Shown here in pieces: positions 1 to 11,600 of a stretch of DNA of 64,000 nt. How positions within the stretch are numbered: the first letter of the stretch is position 1; the number at the start of each line of letters is the position of its first letter. The stretch is taken from NCBI GenBank assembly GCA_965206645.1, contig CBDBKE010000002.1, positions 288,001 to 352,000 of the forward strand. The letters are read 5' to 3'. This DNA is from Terriglobia bacterium. GTDB lineage: Bacteria > Acidobacteriota > Terriglobia > JAJPHL01 > JAPKYU01. The notes beneath the pieces were generated by a model, which searched no databases, had not been told where the DNA came from, and saw nothing but the letters and a program-made list of their open reading frames with translations. A program made the translations under genes and the position numbers.

Positions 1-1663
1 CCACGTCCTGGCCTTCGGGGCTCTCATAAATGACCGTGCCGTACTCTTCTCCTCTGCCTCCCACCAAGTCCTTGCGTCCGAAGAAAGCAGTCAGCCCCCA
101 GAACTGGTCCTGGCTCCAGGCCTCAAAGGGGTGATTGTGACACTGAGCGCAATCGAACCGCCTCCCCATAAGGACTCGGAACTCTTCGGCCATTTGGGCT
201 TCGGGATGTCCGACGTCCGCGTTATTCAGGAAGTGGCGGGAGGCAGGGCTGTAGCCGATGGCGGTCAGCCTCTCCCGGGCCACCTGATCATAAGGCTTAT
301 TCGTGACCACGTTGTCTCGCAGCCACTCCCTGTACGTCTCTGCCCACCTGGCGTTATTTCCATTTGCGTAAAACGCGACACGGAACAGATCGGCGAAACG
401 GAACGTCCAGTAGTCCACGAATTCCGGCGTGTTCAGCAGAACTTCGACCACTTTCTGCCGTTTCTGCCGATTCTTGCTCGCCGCAAACTTGCGCACCCGC
501 GACGGCGGCGGCAGGGTCCCGGTCAGGTCCAGGCAGACACGACGCAGGAACTCCGTATCACTGGAAAGCTTGGAAGGGATGATGTTGAACTTCTTCAGTT
601 TGGCGAACACATGGTCGTCGATGAAGTTGTGGCGCGGCACTTTCGGATACCGCGCGATGGGCTTGGCCACCACGCCCACCCGGGCGCTCACCGCAAACCC
701 CGATGCCCGAACAATCACCGAAGTTTCCCCCGTCCGCACCGCAGCCACCTGGCCTTGCTCATCCACCTTCACCACCTCGGAGTTGTTCGAGGCGTACAGG
801 ACCTGATCGCTGATGTCCTCCTGTTGGCCATTCGACAGATGCGCGGTCACCAGCAGCCGGTGCTTGCCCTCCGGAGCCAGCACCACTTCGTCGGGCTCCA
901 CCTCGACCCGCACCACCCGCACACTCTCCTTGTCGCCTTCCTCGCCGAACGGCGCGCCGCTCCGCACCCAGTTCAGGATCGTTTCGTAGTCGGCCGAGTT
1001 CGGACGCAAGGGCTGCCCGCCTCCGTGCGGAACCGCCATCGTCGGTTTCGTCAACAGCAGGCTCTTCTCGGGCTCCTTCAGGTTGATCCGCGGAATCTTT
1101 TCACCCGTCTCCGTCGTCAGGACTTGGTAGGTTCCGCCCTTGACAATCCACTTGTAATCATCGCGCGGATACACCGCGTTGAGAGAGAGCTTGAATCCGC
1201 CCTGCCCCTTCACGCCCCCATGACAGGAGCTGTCACTGCAGCCGCGCTTGGTGAGGATTCCGCCAATATCCCGGGCGAAGCTGAACGGGCGGGTCTCCTG
1301 CGAACCCGCCACCCGGACCTTGGTCTTGATCGACCGCCCTCCCAACGAGGCCGTCAAGACTACGCTTCCGTCGGCCAGCGCCACCACGCGCCCCTCCGCA
1401 TCCACCTGCGCCACCTTGGCATCCGAGACCGAGAAACGGCTCTCGGCGGTAACGTCTCGCTCCAGACCGTCGCTGTATTTCCCAATGACCAGGAAATGCT
1501 GGGATGCCTTCGCTCTCCACAGCGTTCGATCCTGGGGGACCAATCGCAAGGACCGCAGTTTGGGAGGGGCCGGCCCGGCCTGCGCAGAGCTCGACAGGCC
1601 CAGAACGGCAGCAACCACAAGGACCGCCCATCGCCTTTTCTTTTCGCCAAACACTCTATTCAC
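1..1663 (-). CDS. DUF1549/DUF1553-type secreted protein with N-terminal Ig-like (Big_2) region; 3' end runs off the window
   Basis: Not in ORF track. GTG at 1663 with GAGGAGG upstream; signal peptide (RRWAVLVVAAVLGLSSSAQA); SFARDIGGILTKRGCSDSSCHG and FDCAQCHNHPFEAWSQDQFWGLTAFF motifs in the same frame. Confidence 0.85.
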   Translation of the reverse strand, partial: MNRVFGEKKRRWAVLVVAAVLGLSSSAQAGPAPPKLRSLRLVPQDRTLWRAKASQHFLVIGKYSDGLERDVTAESRFSVSDAKVAQVDAEGRVVALADGSVVLTASLGGRSIKTKVRVAGSQETRPFSFARDIGGILTKRGCSDSSCHGGVKGQGGFKLSLNAVYPRDDYKWIVKGGTYQVLTTETGEKIPRINLKEPEKSLLLTKPTMAVPHGGGQPLRPNSADYETILNWVRSGAPFGEEGDKESVRVVRVEVEPDEVVLAPEGKHRLLVTAHLSNGQQEDISDQVLYASNNSEVVKVDEQGQVAAVRTGETSVIVRASGFAVSARVGVVAKPIARYPKVPRHNFIDDHVFAKLKKFNIIPSKLSSDTEFLRRVCLDLTGTLPPPSRVRKFAASKNRQKRQKVVEVLLNTPEFVDYWTFRFADLFRVAFYANGNNARWAETYREWLRDNVVTNKPYDQVARERLTAIGYSPASRHFLNNADVGHPEAQMAEEFRVLMGRRFDCAQCHNHPFEAWSQDQFWGLTAFFGRKDLVGGRGEEYGTVIYESPEGQDV

Positions 1664-1686
1664 GAACGCCTCCTCAGCTTGTCCCG

Positions 1687-3486
1687 CTATAGCCCTTTTC
1701 TGGCCAACTCCGTCGAACTATCCGGCTTCAACACCGGCTTCAACACCATCAAGGGAATCTCCTGAACCAAGAGCGGCGCACCCACACGCCCCTCAACAAC
1801 CGGCCGTGCGACCAACCGGGCTACCTGCGGCAGCGGGGTGGCCGCAGCATCCGGGCTCCCCATCACCAGGATCACAATCTTTTGCGTCTTGGGAACGTAT
1901 TGCTCTTTCCTGCCCAAGTCAAGTTCAGCCTCTCTGATCGGCGGCTCCTCGGCGCCGGCGGAGGCCTGCACGCCCGCCGGTAGATTTTCGAGGCTGAGGG
2001 CAACGTCGCCGGAAAAGCCTTCCTGATGCTCCACGGTAACCGACAGCTTCCTGGCTTCCCCGGGCGCCACGTTGATGATGTCTTCCTCGACTTTGATTTT
2101 TCCTGCATGAGGGATCTGCGGCCGAATCAGAATCCGATACTTGAAGGACTGATTGCCGAAGCGGGAAATCAGTTCGCGAATGCGAAGGACGTATTCGCCG
2201 TCCCGCTCAAGGGTGTATATCGTTTTTGCCTGTGGGAGCTTCACCCAGTAATTGTTGTCGCCCCCGACCCTTCTCCAGAAGTTGTTGCAGATATCCCGCC
2301 CGCTGGCGTCCACCAGCTCCAGCCGGGGATTGAATTGCGGGAGCGTTGCGTCGGGCGTCTCCAGCTCAAATGCCAAACGCTGCCCGGCCTTGAGCTTCAG
2401 GTTGTAGATGTCGACTTTCCCCGGACGGTCGATCGCCCCTTCCAAAAAAACCGGCTCGAAGGGCTCCGGTGCGCCGTCGGCTTCAGAGGACGCGCTTGGG
2501 GCGGCCCCTTTCTCCGGCTGCGGCATCGGAACGCTCCTTCCATGAAGCTCCTCGATGCGGTTCAGCTCCAGCTTTCGCACAAACGGTTTTCTGAGCAGAT
2601 CAATGAGTGTCTCGTGGAGTTCAGGAAGGTCTGCCGTCTGGCTGGAGGCAGTTGAAGGCAGGGCGGGAGCGATACGGACCGGAGCGATACGGAGAAGATA
2701 GACAATGTCCGGACCGTCAATTCCGGCATAGGTCCCAACACGCAGCAGGTAGCGGCCTCCCTTGCTGAACGTATACGTCAGCCGCGGCTCCTCAGCGAAC
2801 GCCAGCCGCGTCGGCCGCTTCGGGTCGAACCAAGTGCCGCCCGGTTCATACAGCGTCAGCTGTATAACATCGAACTTGCCTGAGTTGGCTACTGTGTTCG
2901 AGGCAGCGCGAAACTCGATTTCTTCTCCCGGGAGTGCGTCAAAGGAATAGTAATCAGCTTCCCCTTTTTTCCAGATCTTGCCGCCCAGCAATGCCGGCGT
3001 CTGGAGCAGCTGCGGGTTCGGCGGATCGTTATGCGGTGTCTGGCTCTCCAACACAACCGAGTCCGCCGTCACCAGGAACGGGTGAGCATTCGACAGCCCT
3101 CGCGGCGAGACCAGCCTCAGAGAGTGGCGCCCCAGCTTGGCCGAGGAACCGATTTCCAGGTCGACCAAGACCCGATGGCCCAATGTCTCTTCTTTTTTCG
3201 CGAGGATTTGTGCATCTGCCTTCAGCCGCAGCAGCGTAATCTGCTCGACCTTCTTGATCCGCCCCTGAATCCCCTCACTGCCGGACCAGACAGCATAAGC
3301 CCCCTCCAGATTGCTTCCCCGGATCTCAATCTCCGAGACAGCCCCACGTGTTGCTCCTAAGGGGTATACCGAGATTATTTCCGGAGTCGAATTGGCCTTG
3401 GGCTTCTCGGCGGGCAAACCTGCGACTGGGGACAATACGAATATGAATGCCGCCATCAAGAGCCACGTCACACTCACCCTCGTCAT
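1687..3486 (-). CDS. PPC (pre-peptidase C-terminal) repeat-containing secreted protein
   Basis: Signal peptide, SVYPLGATRG, EADYYSFDA and VDIYNLKLKAGQRL PPC-like motifs; typical partner of DUF1553 genes. Start uncertain (3486 or 3531). Confidence 0.7.
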   Translation of the reverse strand: MTRVSVTWLLMAAFIFVLSPVAGLPAEKPKANSTPEIISVYPLGATRGAVSEIEIRGSNLEGAYAVWSGSEGIQGRIKKVEQITLLRLKADAQILAKKEETLGHRVLVDLEIGSSAKLGRHSLRLVSPRGLSNAHPFLVTADSVVLESQTPHNDPPNPQLLQTPALLGGKIWKKGEADYYSFDALPGEEIEFRAASNTVANSGKFDVIQLTLYEPGGTWFDPKRPTRLAFAEEPRLTYTFSKGGRYLLRVGTYAGIDGPDIVYLLRIAPVRIAPALPSTASSQTADLPELHETLIDLLRKPFVRKLELNRIEELHGRSVPMPQPEKGAAPSASSEADGAPEPFEPVFLEGAIDRPGKVDIYNLKLKAGQRLAFELETPDATLPQFNPRLELVDASGRDICNNFWRRVGGDNNYWVKLPQAKTIYTLERDGEYVLRIRELISRFGNQSFKYRILIRPQIPHAGKIKVEEDIINVAPGEARKLSVTVEHQEGFSGDVALSLENLPAGVQASAGAEEPPIREAELDLGRKEQYVPKTQKIVILVMGSPDAAATPLPQVARLVARPVVEGRVGAPLLVQEIPLMVLKPVLKPDSSTELARKGL

Positions 3487-3848
3487 GGCGATCCAGTTCT
3501 CCTCAGGGGACGCGCCGGTCTGGACCAGCATCAGTACTCACAGTTGCTAAGGATGTATTGTACTACGATCACTGCGCCGTGGTTACCACGATTATCAAGC
3601 CTTTTCTGTCGTGGCAAGTGTGCGGAACGTCGGTGCACGAAGACGGCTTGGGGGCCCCTAGGAATAAAAGCTTCTTATTGCTAAGATAGCGTAGAGCTGC
3701 CAATAGCATAACCTCTTGTATTAAAACACGTTACCGTTTGGAGGCCGTTCCGCCAAGCGTTTTCATCCATGCCCAGTACTGGAGACCACCATTGTCACGC
3801 TACGGGCCGCCACCGAAGACATAGGGAACTCCGATCTTGTCCCGGGCT

Positions 3849-5303
3849 TTAGGCCAGAAGCTGCTTCAAGACGTCGCCGTGCACGTCGGTGAGGCGGAAG
3901 TGGCGTCCCTGGTATTTGAAGGTCAGTCGGGTATGGTCAATCCCCAGGCAGTGGAGAATGGTGGCGTTCAGATCGTGGACATGCACCGGGTCGCGCGCGA
4001 TGTTATAACAATAATCGTCCGTTTCGCCGTAGCTGATGCCCGGCTTGATTCCGCCCCCGGCCATCCAGATCGTAAAGCAGCGCGGATGATGGTCGCGCCC
4101 ATAGTCGTTGGCTGTCAACTTCCCCTGACAGTATACGGTTCGTCCGAATTCCCCGCCCCACACCACCAGCGTGTCTTCCAGCAGACCTCTTTCTTTCAAG
4201 TCCTGTATCAGCGCAGCCGAGGGCTGGTCGGCATCGCGGCACTGCCCGCGGATCTGTTTGGGTAATTTCTGGTGTTGATCCCAGCCCCTGTGGAACAGCT
4301 GGATGAAGCGCACGCCTCGCTCCGCCAGGCGGCGGGCCAGGATGCAGTTGGAGGCAAATGTTCCGGGCTTTCTGGAATCCGGTCCGTACAGCTCGAAGAT
4401 CCGCGGCGGCTCTTTGGAAAGATCCGTCAGCTCAGGCACCGAAGTTTGCATTCGGTACGCCATCTCATATTGCGCTATGCGCGTGCGGACCTCCGGGTCT
4501 CCGAATTCCTCGATGGTCAGCTGGTTGAGTTTGACCAGGTCGTCAATAAAGCGGCGGCGGGAGCTGCCGTCGAACCCCGGAGGGTTGGACAAATAAAGGA
4601 CCGGATCGCCCACCGAGCGGAACTTGACTCCCTGGTACTTGGAGGGAAGGAAACCACTGCCCCACAGGCGGTCATAGAGTGGCTGGTCGTCCGGGTTTCC
4701 GGAACCCTGGGAAACCATCACCACAAACGACGGAAGGTCCTTGTTCTCGCTGCCCAATCCATAGGACATCCAGGCGCCGATACTGGGGCGGCCCGCAAGC
4801 TGCGCACCGGTTTGGAAGAAGGTAATAGCCGGGTCGTGATTGATCGCCTCGGTGTGCATCGATCGAACAAAGCACAGCTCGTCAACGATCTTGGCGGTGT
4901 ACGGCATCAGGTCGCTCACCCAGGCACCCGACTCGCCGTGCTGCGCAAATTTGAAAATCGAGGGCGCCACCGGGAAACTCGACTGGCCGGCAGTCATGAC
5001 CGTCAAGCGCTGCCCCTTGCGAATGGAGCTCGGCAACTCCTCTCCCTGCATTTCGGCCAGCCGGGGCTTGTAGTCGAATAGGTCCATTTGCGAGGGGGCG
5101 CCCGACTGAAACAGGTAGATGATCCGTTTCGCTCGGAGCGGGAAGTGAGGAAGACCCGGGAGCCCGCCGTGCGCACTGGCGTCTTCCCCGCGCATGTCTT
5201 CTTTCAGAAGCGTGGCCAGTGCGCCAATGCCGATTCCCGTGCTGCAGCGGCCGAAAAAGTGCCGGCGGGTCAGCTGCAACCTGCGTTCAAGCCGTGGGTC
5301 CAT
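3849..5303 (-). CDS. DUF1501 domain protein (sulfatase-like fold, Tat signal)
   Basis: TRRHFF twin-arginine motif; [46 protein letters not shown]. Confidence 0.92.
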   Translation of the reverse strand: MDPRLERRLQLTRRHFFGRCSTGIGIGALATLLKEDMRGEDASAHGGLPGLPHFPLRAKRIIYLFQSGAPSQMDLFDYKPRLAEMQGEELPSSIRKGQRLTVMTAGQSSFPVAPSIFKFAQHGESGAWVSDLMPYTAKIVDELCFVRSMHTEAINHDPAITFFQTGAQLAGRPSIGAWMSYGLGSENKDLPSFVVMVSQGSGNPDDQPLYDRLWGSGFLPSKYQGVKFRSVGDPVLYLSNPPGFDGSSRRRFIDDLVKLNQLTIEEFGDPEVRTRIAQYEMAYRMQTSVPELTDLSKEPPRIFELYGPDSRKPGTFASNCILARRLAERGVRFIQLFHRGWDQHQKLPKQIRGQCRDADQPSAALIQDLKERGLLEDTLVVWGGEFGRTVYCQGKLTANDYGRDHHPRCFTIWMAGGGIKPGISYGETDDYCYNIARDPVHVHDLNATILHCLGIDHTRLTFKYQGRHFRLTDVHGDVLKQLLA

Positions 5304-5321
5304 CAGTGATTCTCCGTGCGG

Positions 5322-8300
5322 TTACTGTTTGGTGACGGTTTCATCCAGGTTCAGAATCAGGCTCGCCATTGCCGTGTATGCGGCCAGTTCGCTGACGTCC
5401 AGCTTCTCGTTGCGCGGGTGCTCTCCGATGCTGAGCAGCTTGAGCGCTGCTTTCCGGTCAGCCCGGTACTGTTCCAGGTAATGTCGGAAGCTGCTCAGCA
5501 GAATCTCAGCCCTTGGGCGGGATAGCCCGCGCGCGGTAGCCAGGCGGAAGGCGTAGCCGATCCGCTCCTCAGGAGTGCCTCCCCCCTTGGTCAGCATTCG
5601 TTCGGCAAGGACACGGGCCGCCTCCAGGTAGGTGACGTCGTTCATCAGATTGAGCGCTTGAAGCGGCGTATTGGTCCGGTTTTCAAGCACCACGCAGGTC
5701 TCGCGGCCCGACGCGTCGAAAATCATCATTGAGGGAGGCGGGACAGCTCGTTTCCAGAAGGTGTAGAGGCTGCGGCGGTAGAGGTCCTCTCCCTTATCTG
5801 CTTCATATTCGTTCGTTCCCGACAGTTCCTTCCACAAGCCGGCAGGTTGGTAGGGCTTGACCGAAGGTCCGCCAATTTTCTCGACCAGCAGCCCGGCCAT
5901 CGCAAGCGCCTGGTCGCGGACCATTCCTGCCGACAGGCGGAACCGCGGTCCGCGAGCCAGCAGGAGATTCTGGGGGTCCCTCTGCAACCCTTCAGGGGTT
6001 ACCCGGGAGGACTGGCGGTAGGTCGCGCTGCTCACAATCAGCTTCTGCATCGCCTTGACATCCCAACCCGTCCGGACGAATTCCGTGGCGAGCCAGTCGA
6101 GCAGCTCGGGATGAGTGGGCCATTCCCCTTGTAAACCGAAGTTTTCGGCAGTCTTGACCAGCGCGGTGCCAAAGTACATCTGCCAGAAGCGATTCACGAC
6201 GACACGCGCGGTCAGTGGGTTGGACGGGTGCACCAGCCAGCGCGCCAAGCCCAGGCGGTTGTTTTCCCAGCCCTGCGGCAAGGGGGCAAGAACCGCAGGA
6301 ACTCCAGTCGTCACTTTCTCTCCCGGACGGTCGTAAGCGCCCCGGATCAGCACATGCGTCGGGCGCGGTGTCTCGCGCTCCTGCATGACCATGACGGTGG
6401 GGATGCTCTCCCAAAACTTCTGCTTCTGCGCTCGCAGATCTCGCACCTGCGCCCAGGCCTGCCGAATCTCCGCAGGGGCCTGCTCCTCCAGGAAATACAA
6501 CTTGATTTTTTCCGACTGCAGCCGCGATCTCTTCTCGCTCCGAAGAGCCAGGATCTCCGCAATCAAGGAAGAGGTGGCGACCACTGCCGCCTCGTCGGGC
6601 CGCAGGACCACCTTGTAGACGCGCACGTCGTCCACATAGCCGCGGAAGCGGTTCTCCAGGCCGCCGCCTGCGCCGATGCGCAGCAGGTGTCCTGGGAAAT
6701 GGAACCCTTGGCTTAGCTCGTCAAGCAGAACCTCCAATTCCTGAGGTTCACCGTCCACATAGATCCGGACTCCGTCGGCCAGGTGGGAGGCGTCATAGGT
6801 CGCAAGAACGTGGTGCCAGCGGTTCAGTTCTAGCGCCCTCTCGGTTTGCACGCGCAACGCGTCATCCAGCCAACGTGAAACGAGATTCAACTGGACCTTT
6901 CCCTCCTTCAAGTACAGCCCATAACCCAAAGGCTCCGAGACGTCTTCGCCGTTAGCGACTATAGCCCCCTGCGCCGCTGTGGGATAAACCCAGGCCGCAA
7001 GGGTGAACTTGTCGTAGAAGCCGAACCTCGCGATATCGCCGGCGTGGAGGAAATGTTTGCCGTCAAAACTGGCCGCCTGTCCAACCCGGCCGGTGACGAA
7101 TGCTGGCTCTCCTTCCTGTGGGAGGGCACAATCGGGCTTTCCGCCTAGATCGCCGTCCAGGCGGTAGTGCACCACCAGTCCCCGCGCAACGGACCAGTCC
7201 GCCGGTTGTGTCCTGGTAAACTCTTTTTCCCAGCTTCGCTGCGCTTCGGCCATTGCAGTCTCTAGCTTCGCAAACTTCTTTTCGGCGGCCTCCAGCTTCC
7301 TCTCCAGATCCTGCACTCGAGCTTTCTGAGCGTCGGTGGGAGCTTTGATCATGGGCGCCGAATTGCCGTATTTATTCGCCCTTCCCTTTTCCGGGACGTT
7401 GTTGAAGTAGGCGAACAGCCGGTAAAAATCTTTCTGGGTAAAGGGATCGTACTTGTGGTCGTGACACCGGGCGCAGCCCAGGGTCAGACCTAGCCAGACG
7501 GTGGAGGTTGTCTCCAGCCGGTCCACTACATACTCCACCGCATATTCTTCAGGGATGATGCCACCCTCGCCGTTGCCGCGGTGATTCCGATTGAAGCCAG
7601 TGGCGATTCTCTGTTCCAGCGTGGGATTCGGCAGCATGTCACCCGCGATCTGCTCGATGGTGAACTGATCGAAGGGCATGTTGCGATTGAAGGCGTCAAT
7701 GACCCAGTCGCGCCACCGCCACATGCTGCGCTCGGCATCCGTCTGATACCCATTGGTATCCGCATAACGCGCCGCGTCCAGCCATCGTGTTGCCATCCGT
7801 TCGCCGTAGCGCGGAGAATCGAGCAGCCGGTCTACTACCTTCCCGTACGCGTTGGGCGAAGGGTCCTGCAAGAAGCCGTCAATTTCGGCGGGGGTGGGCG
7901 GCAACCCGGTCAGGTCCAGGCTCACCCGGCGAATCAGGGTAGCCTTGTCGGCTTCGGGAGAAGGACGGAAGCCATCCCGCTCCAGTCGTTCCAATACGAA
8001 GAAATCGATCGCAACGCGCGGCCAGCTTCGGTCGCGGACCTCGGGAAGGGCCGGAGCGCGGGGCGGGATGAAAGACCAGTGCTGCGTTTGCCACTTGGCG
8101 CCCTGCTCGATCCAGCGGCGGATCAGTTCGATCTCCGGAGCAGCGAGCGTTCGACCGGAAAACGCGGGAGGCATTTTCACCGCTGGGTCGGAGGAGGAAA
8201 TGCGCCGGTACATTTCACTGCGGGCCGGCTCGCCCGGCACAACGGCAAACTTCTCCCCTAGGTCAGCGAACGCACCCGCTTCGGTGTCGAGCCGTAACTT

Positions 8301-8495
8301 GCTCATGCGCTGTGACGGATCGGGGCCGTGACAAGTGAAACACTTGTCGGAAAGGATGGGCCGGATGTCTCGATTGAATTCGACGGCCTGGGAAACCGAG
8401 TCGGCAGGCGAAGCGGCGGCCAAGCCAAGGAGAAGCCAATGCCCGAAAACACCAAGCCCCAGGTAATCGAGCAAACGCCAGCGCCCTTTCGTCAT
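5322..8495 (-). CDS. Planctomycete cytochrome c + DUF1549 + LamG + DUF1553 protein
   Basis: FNRDIRPILSDKCFTCHG, CARCHDHKYDP, central LamG-like region, HPELLDWLA, NTPLQAL. Confidence 0.92.
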   Translation of the reverse strand: MTKGRWRLLDYLGLGVFGHWLLLGLAAASPADSVSQAVEFNRDIRPILSDKCFTCHGPDPSQRMSKLRLDTEAGAFADLGEKFAVVPGEPARSEMYRRISSSDPAVKMPPAFSGRTLAAPEIELIRRWIEQGAKWQTQHWSFIPPRAPALPEVRDRSWPRVAIDFFVLERLERDGFRPSPEADKATLIRRVSLDLTGLPPTPAEIDGFLQDPSPNAYGKVVDRLLDSPRYGERMATRWLDAARYADTNGYQTDAERSMWRWRDWVIDAFNRNMPFDQFTIEQIAGDMLPNPTLEQRIATGFNRNHRGNGEGGIIPEEYAVEYVVDRLETTSTVWLGLTLGCARCHDHKYDPFTQKDFYRLFAYFNNVPEKGRANKYGNSAPMIKAPTDAQKARVQDLERKLEAAEKKFAKLETAMAEAQRSWEKEFTRTQPADWSVARGLVVHYRLDGDLGGKPDCALPQEGEPAFVTGRVGQAASFDGKHFLHAGDIARFGFYDKFTLAAWVYPTAAQGAIVANGEDVSEPLGYGLYLKEGKVQLNLVSRWLDDALRVQTERALELNRWHHVLATYDASHLADGVRIYVDGEPQELEVLLDELSQGFHFPGHLLRIGAGGGLENRFRGYVDDVRVYKVVLRPDEAAVVATSSLIAEILALRSEKRSRLQSEKIKLYFLEEQAPAEIRQAWAQVRDLRAQKQKFWESIPTVMVMQERETPRPTHVLIRGAYDRPGEKVTTGVPAVLAPLPQGWENNRLGLARWLVHPSNPLTARVVVNRFWQMYFGTALVKTAENFGLQGEWPTHPELLDWLATEFVRTGWDVKAMQKLIVSSATYRQSSRVTPEGLQRDPQNLLLARGPRFRLSAGMVRDQALAMAGLLVEKIGGPSVKPYQPAGLWKELSGTNEYEADKGEDLYRRSLYTFWKRAVPPPSMMIFDASGRETCVVLENRTNTPLQALNLMNDVTYLEAARVLAERMLTKGGGTPEERIGYAFRLATARGLSRPRAEILLSSFRHYLEQYRADRKAALKLLSIGEHPRNEKLDVSELAAYTAMASLILNLDETVTKQ

Positions 8496-8591
8496 GGCTC
8501 CCTGCTCCAGTCGCGGGTTCCTAAATTCTGACTCCCTACGCTTTCTGAGTCAAGGGGCAGACGGAGGGGGAATTGAAACTATCTTGTCCTC

Positions 8592-8657
8592 CGGAAGAAC
8601 CGGATGGGCGGAAGAACCGGATGGGCGGAAGAACCGGATGGGCGGAAGAACCGAATG
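8592..8657. repeat. 17-bp tandem repeat CGGAAGAACCGGATGGG, about 3.9 copies
   Basis: Three exact units plus one degenerate unit, no spacers. Confidence 0.9.
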
Positions 8658-8688
8658 CGGCTCGCGCCGGTTGCCGAGTTTTGCACTG

Positions 8689-11600
8689 TCAAAAGCTGAT
8701 CTTTAGTGCGAACTGTCCCTGTCTGTTCCCACCTGCCCCGGTAACTCTGCCGAAATTAAAAGGATCGCCCACATTATTCCGGATCCCCCCCAGCGATGGC
8801 GGTTGAAGGCGTTAAACACCTCAAAACGAAACTCTACGTTGACTGTTTCAGTAATGTAGGTCCGCTTGGCTATCCCCAGGTTCTCGTTTAAACGAGCGAA
8901 CCCTCGGATGCCAGTAATCCTGGGCGCGTTCCCAAAGGTGAAGGGCGGGGGCACCGCAAAAGCCTTTGGGTTGAGGTACTGGGCGCCGGGTTCGTCGGCG
9001 TCCAGGGTCTGAGGCACTCCCGAAACCACGTCGGGCAAATTGAGATTGTTGAACAAGGGCAACGTATTTTCGATTCCCACTGTGATTGGGTCACCGGACG
9101 AGTAGTCCAGAACTCCGTTGAGGTGCCAGCCCCCAAGAAGCTTCCCGACAGGTCCTGTCGCCTTTCCCACAAAAGGCTTGCCCGGGCCAATCGGCAGCTC
9201 GTAGTTAAACGCTATAGCCAGCCGTTGCGGCAAGTTGCCCGGCGACAGCGATTTTTCCAATCGCCGGTTGTAATGGTCACGCGCGGTGATGCCGAAGAAG
9301 CCGCCCATGCTGGAACTGGCGTCGCTGATGTACTTGGACCAGGTATAGGAAGCCAGCAGGAACAAGCCTTTGGAAAACTGCTTTTCTAGCTTCAGCTGCA
9401 AGGAGTGGTAAGTGGAATTTCCAATTTGGGCGCCGCCCAGTAAGGGAATCGAGACCAGATTTGCGCTTGTTCCCACGAACAGATACTGCGGGAAAGGTCG
9501 CAAGGCCTGTGCGAGGCTTCCCTCGAAACCGGGGTATGGAGGGCGAAAACCGGCAGCCGCCACCTCCGAGTTATCGATCGGCTTGGTCAACAAGTTCCCC
9601 AATGCAAGGAAAGAGGGGTGAACCTGATTGGCGTTAATCGCCCCACTATTGAGCCTTGTTCCTTTGGAAGCTACGTAGGCGGCATCGAGCAGCCAGCCTG
9701 GCGTCAGCTGTCTTTGAACCGTGAAGTGCCAGTTCTGCGTATAGGCAGGCTCGGAAGCGTTCGGGTCCCACAGGGAGGTTTGCCCGCCGTTCGCAGTGAC
9801 AGGGTCGATGAAGGGTGGCCTCACAAAGAAAGGAAATCCATCGTCCCAGGAGAAAGCCGGTGTGACCCCATTATCCGTCGACCGAACCAGAGGCTCGGCA
9901 GCGAATCCTACGTTGTACTCACGGATGGATCCGGTTCCCGCTGAGGCGGGGCCAAAGTAGCTAATGCCGTAACCGGCGCGCAGGACCCAATTCGGCGTCA
10001 TCGACCAGGCAAGACCGAGGCGGGGCGCGAAATTGTTCCACGAGATCGGGGGCGTGAGCCGCCGCCTTCCGGCACGACCCGGCCCAAATCCTGCAAAAAT
10101 CATAGCTCCCGGCAACCCCCCGGCACCAGGATTGGGAACCGAGGGATCCATGATGGAGTAATTATCGTGAACCCCGTACATGGGTAGGTAGAGATCCCAC
10201 CTGATTCCTAAGTTCCGCGTGAATTTGATGTCATCCTGAAAGTAGGCGCCATAGTAGCCAAATCGGGATGCACCAGCAAACTCCTGAACATGGTGATCGG
10301 CCCGATCCACCCACCCCAGCAGAAAACTGGCAAAGGAGTTACCCGTCACCGATCTTCCGTCAGCGAGCGCCCCAGTGATGGGATTCCTAATTTGTCCGGG
10401 GAACGCGGTCTCATTCCGGAAAAAAAAGAACCTGCCGCTGTTGGTCGGACGGCGGTGATCCGTGCGCAGGTAGCGTTGCTCTGCGCCGAACTTGAAATTG
10501 TGCCGTCCCCTAACCAAGGAGAGGCTTTCTGTGTAGTGCAGGTTGGTTCCCTGGAGGGCATCATCCGTGCCCAGGCCCCTGTTCCCCAGGTGGATAAAGG
10601 GGGGCATCTCTATCGTCGGAAAGGGGCCATTACCGAGGATACCTTTGAGCCCCAACTGCTCCGCCCACATGAATCCGGTATGCCGAAAGATGGAGATGAA
10701 GCCCTGCCGGTTCACTCCCGCAGTCAGATGCAACAGTACCGTTGGGCTGACGATCCAGTCGTACGTAGCCCGGGCAAGGCTTTGATTGAAATCGAAGTCA
10801 CGGATTGAAGTTGCTCCGACATCCTCAGGGGAAAAGCAAGGATTGGAGCATTGAACGGTGGGGTTGTGCTCTCGATTTAACGTGACACTCACGCTGTGGA
10901 CGGAAGTAATCCTATGGTCAACTTTAATCGTGAAATTATCCTTGTTGGTTTGGTTCACCACCTTCTCCAGGAAATTGTCGACGATTCCCGAACGCTCAGG
11001 ATCCGGATAGAATCCGACTGCCTTTCTGGATATCGCGCTAAAACGATCCTTGGGGATAATGTTCCCGGGGAAGGGGTCCCGGGTGAATCCTCCCCTGCCA
11101 TCCGCACGCGTGGTGGCCGGGTCGTAAATCGGGATCAGATTTCCCGTCCGGTCCCTCAGCCCGGATAAGTCACCTCTTTTGAAGGCAACCGAGGGAATGG
11201 AAATGAAGCGGCTCTGAGGCGCCCGTCGCACTACGAATCTGTTGAGGTTGAAGAAGAAGAACGAGCGGTTCTTGCCGTTATACAGTCGTGGAATGATGAT
11301 CGGTCCACCGACACTTCCCCCGTAATCATTCTGACGATTGATCGACCGCTCCGCAGGGAAGAACCCTCGCGTATCGAGCTTGTCATTGCGGAGAAACTCA
11401 TAGACGTTCCCATGAAGCGCATTGGTTCCAGACCGCACGGAAAAGCTGAGGATGCCCCCGCCCGTATTGCCGAACTGGGCCGAAGCGTTGCTGGTGACCA
11501 GCGTGAATTCCTGGACAGCCTCCGGCGGCAGCGTCAAGGGACGCGTATCGCCGGGGGTCGCAAGCACGCCACTCACGTCGAGGCCATCGATCAGAATCTG

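Noticed and set aside
131-1765. 544-aa plus-strand ORF
   Set aside because: Antisense shadow of the minus-strand DUF1549 gene; the same applies to most long overlapping ORFs in the track
8592-8657. Possible CRISPR array
   Set aside because: Repeats are contiguous with no spacers and no cas genes; same for 24055-24118
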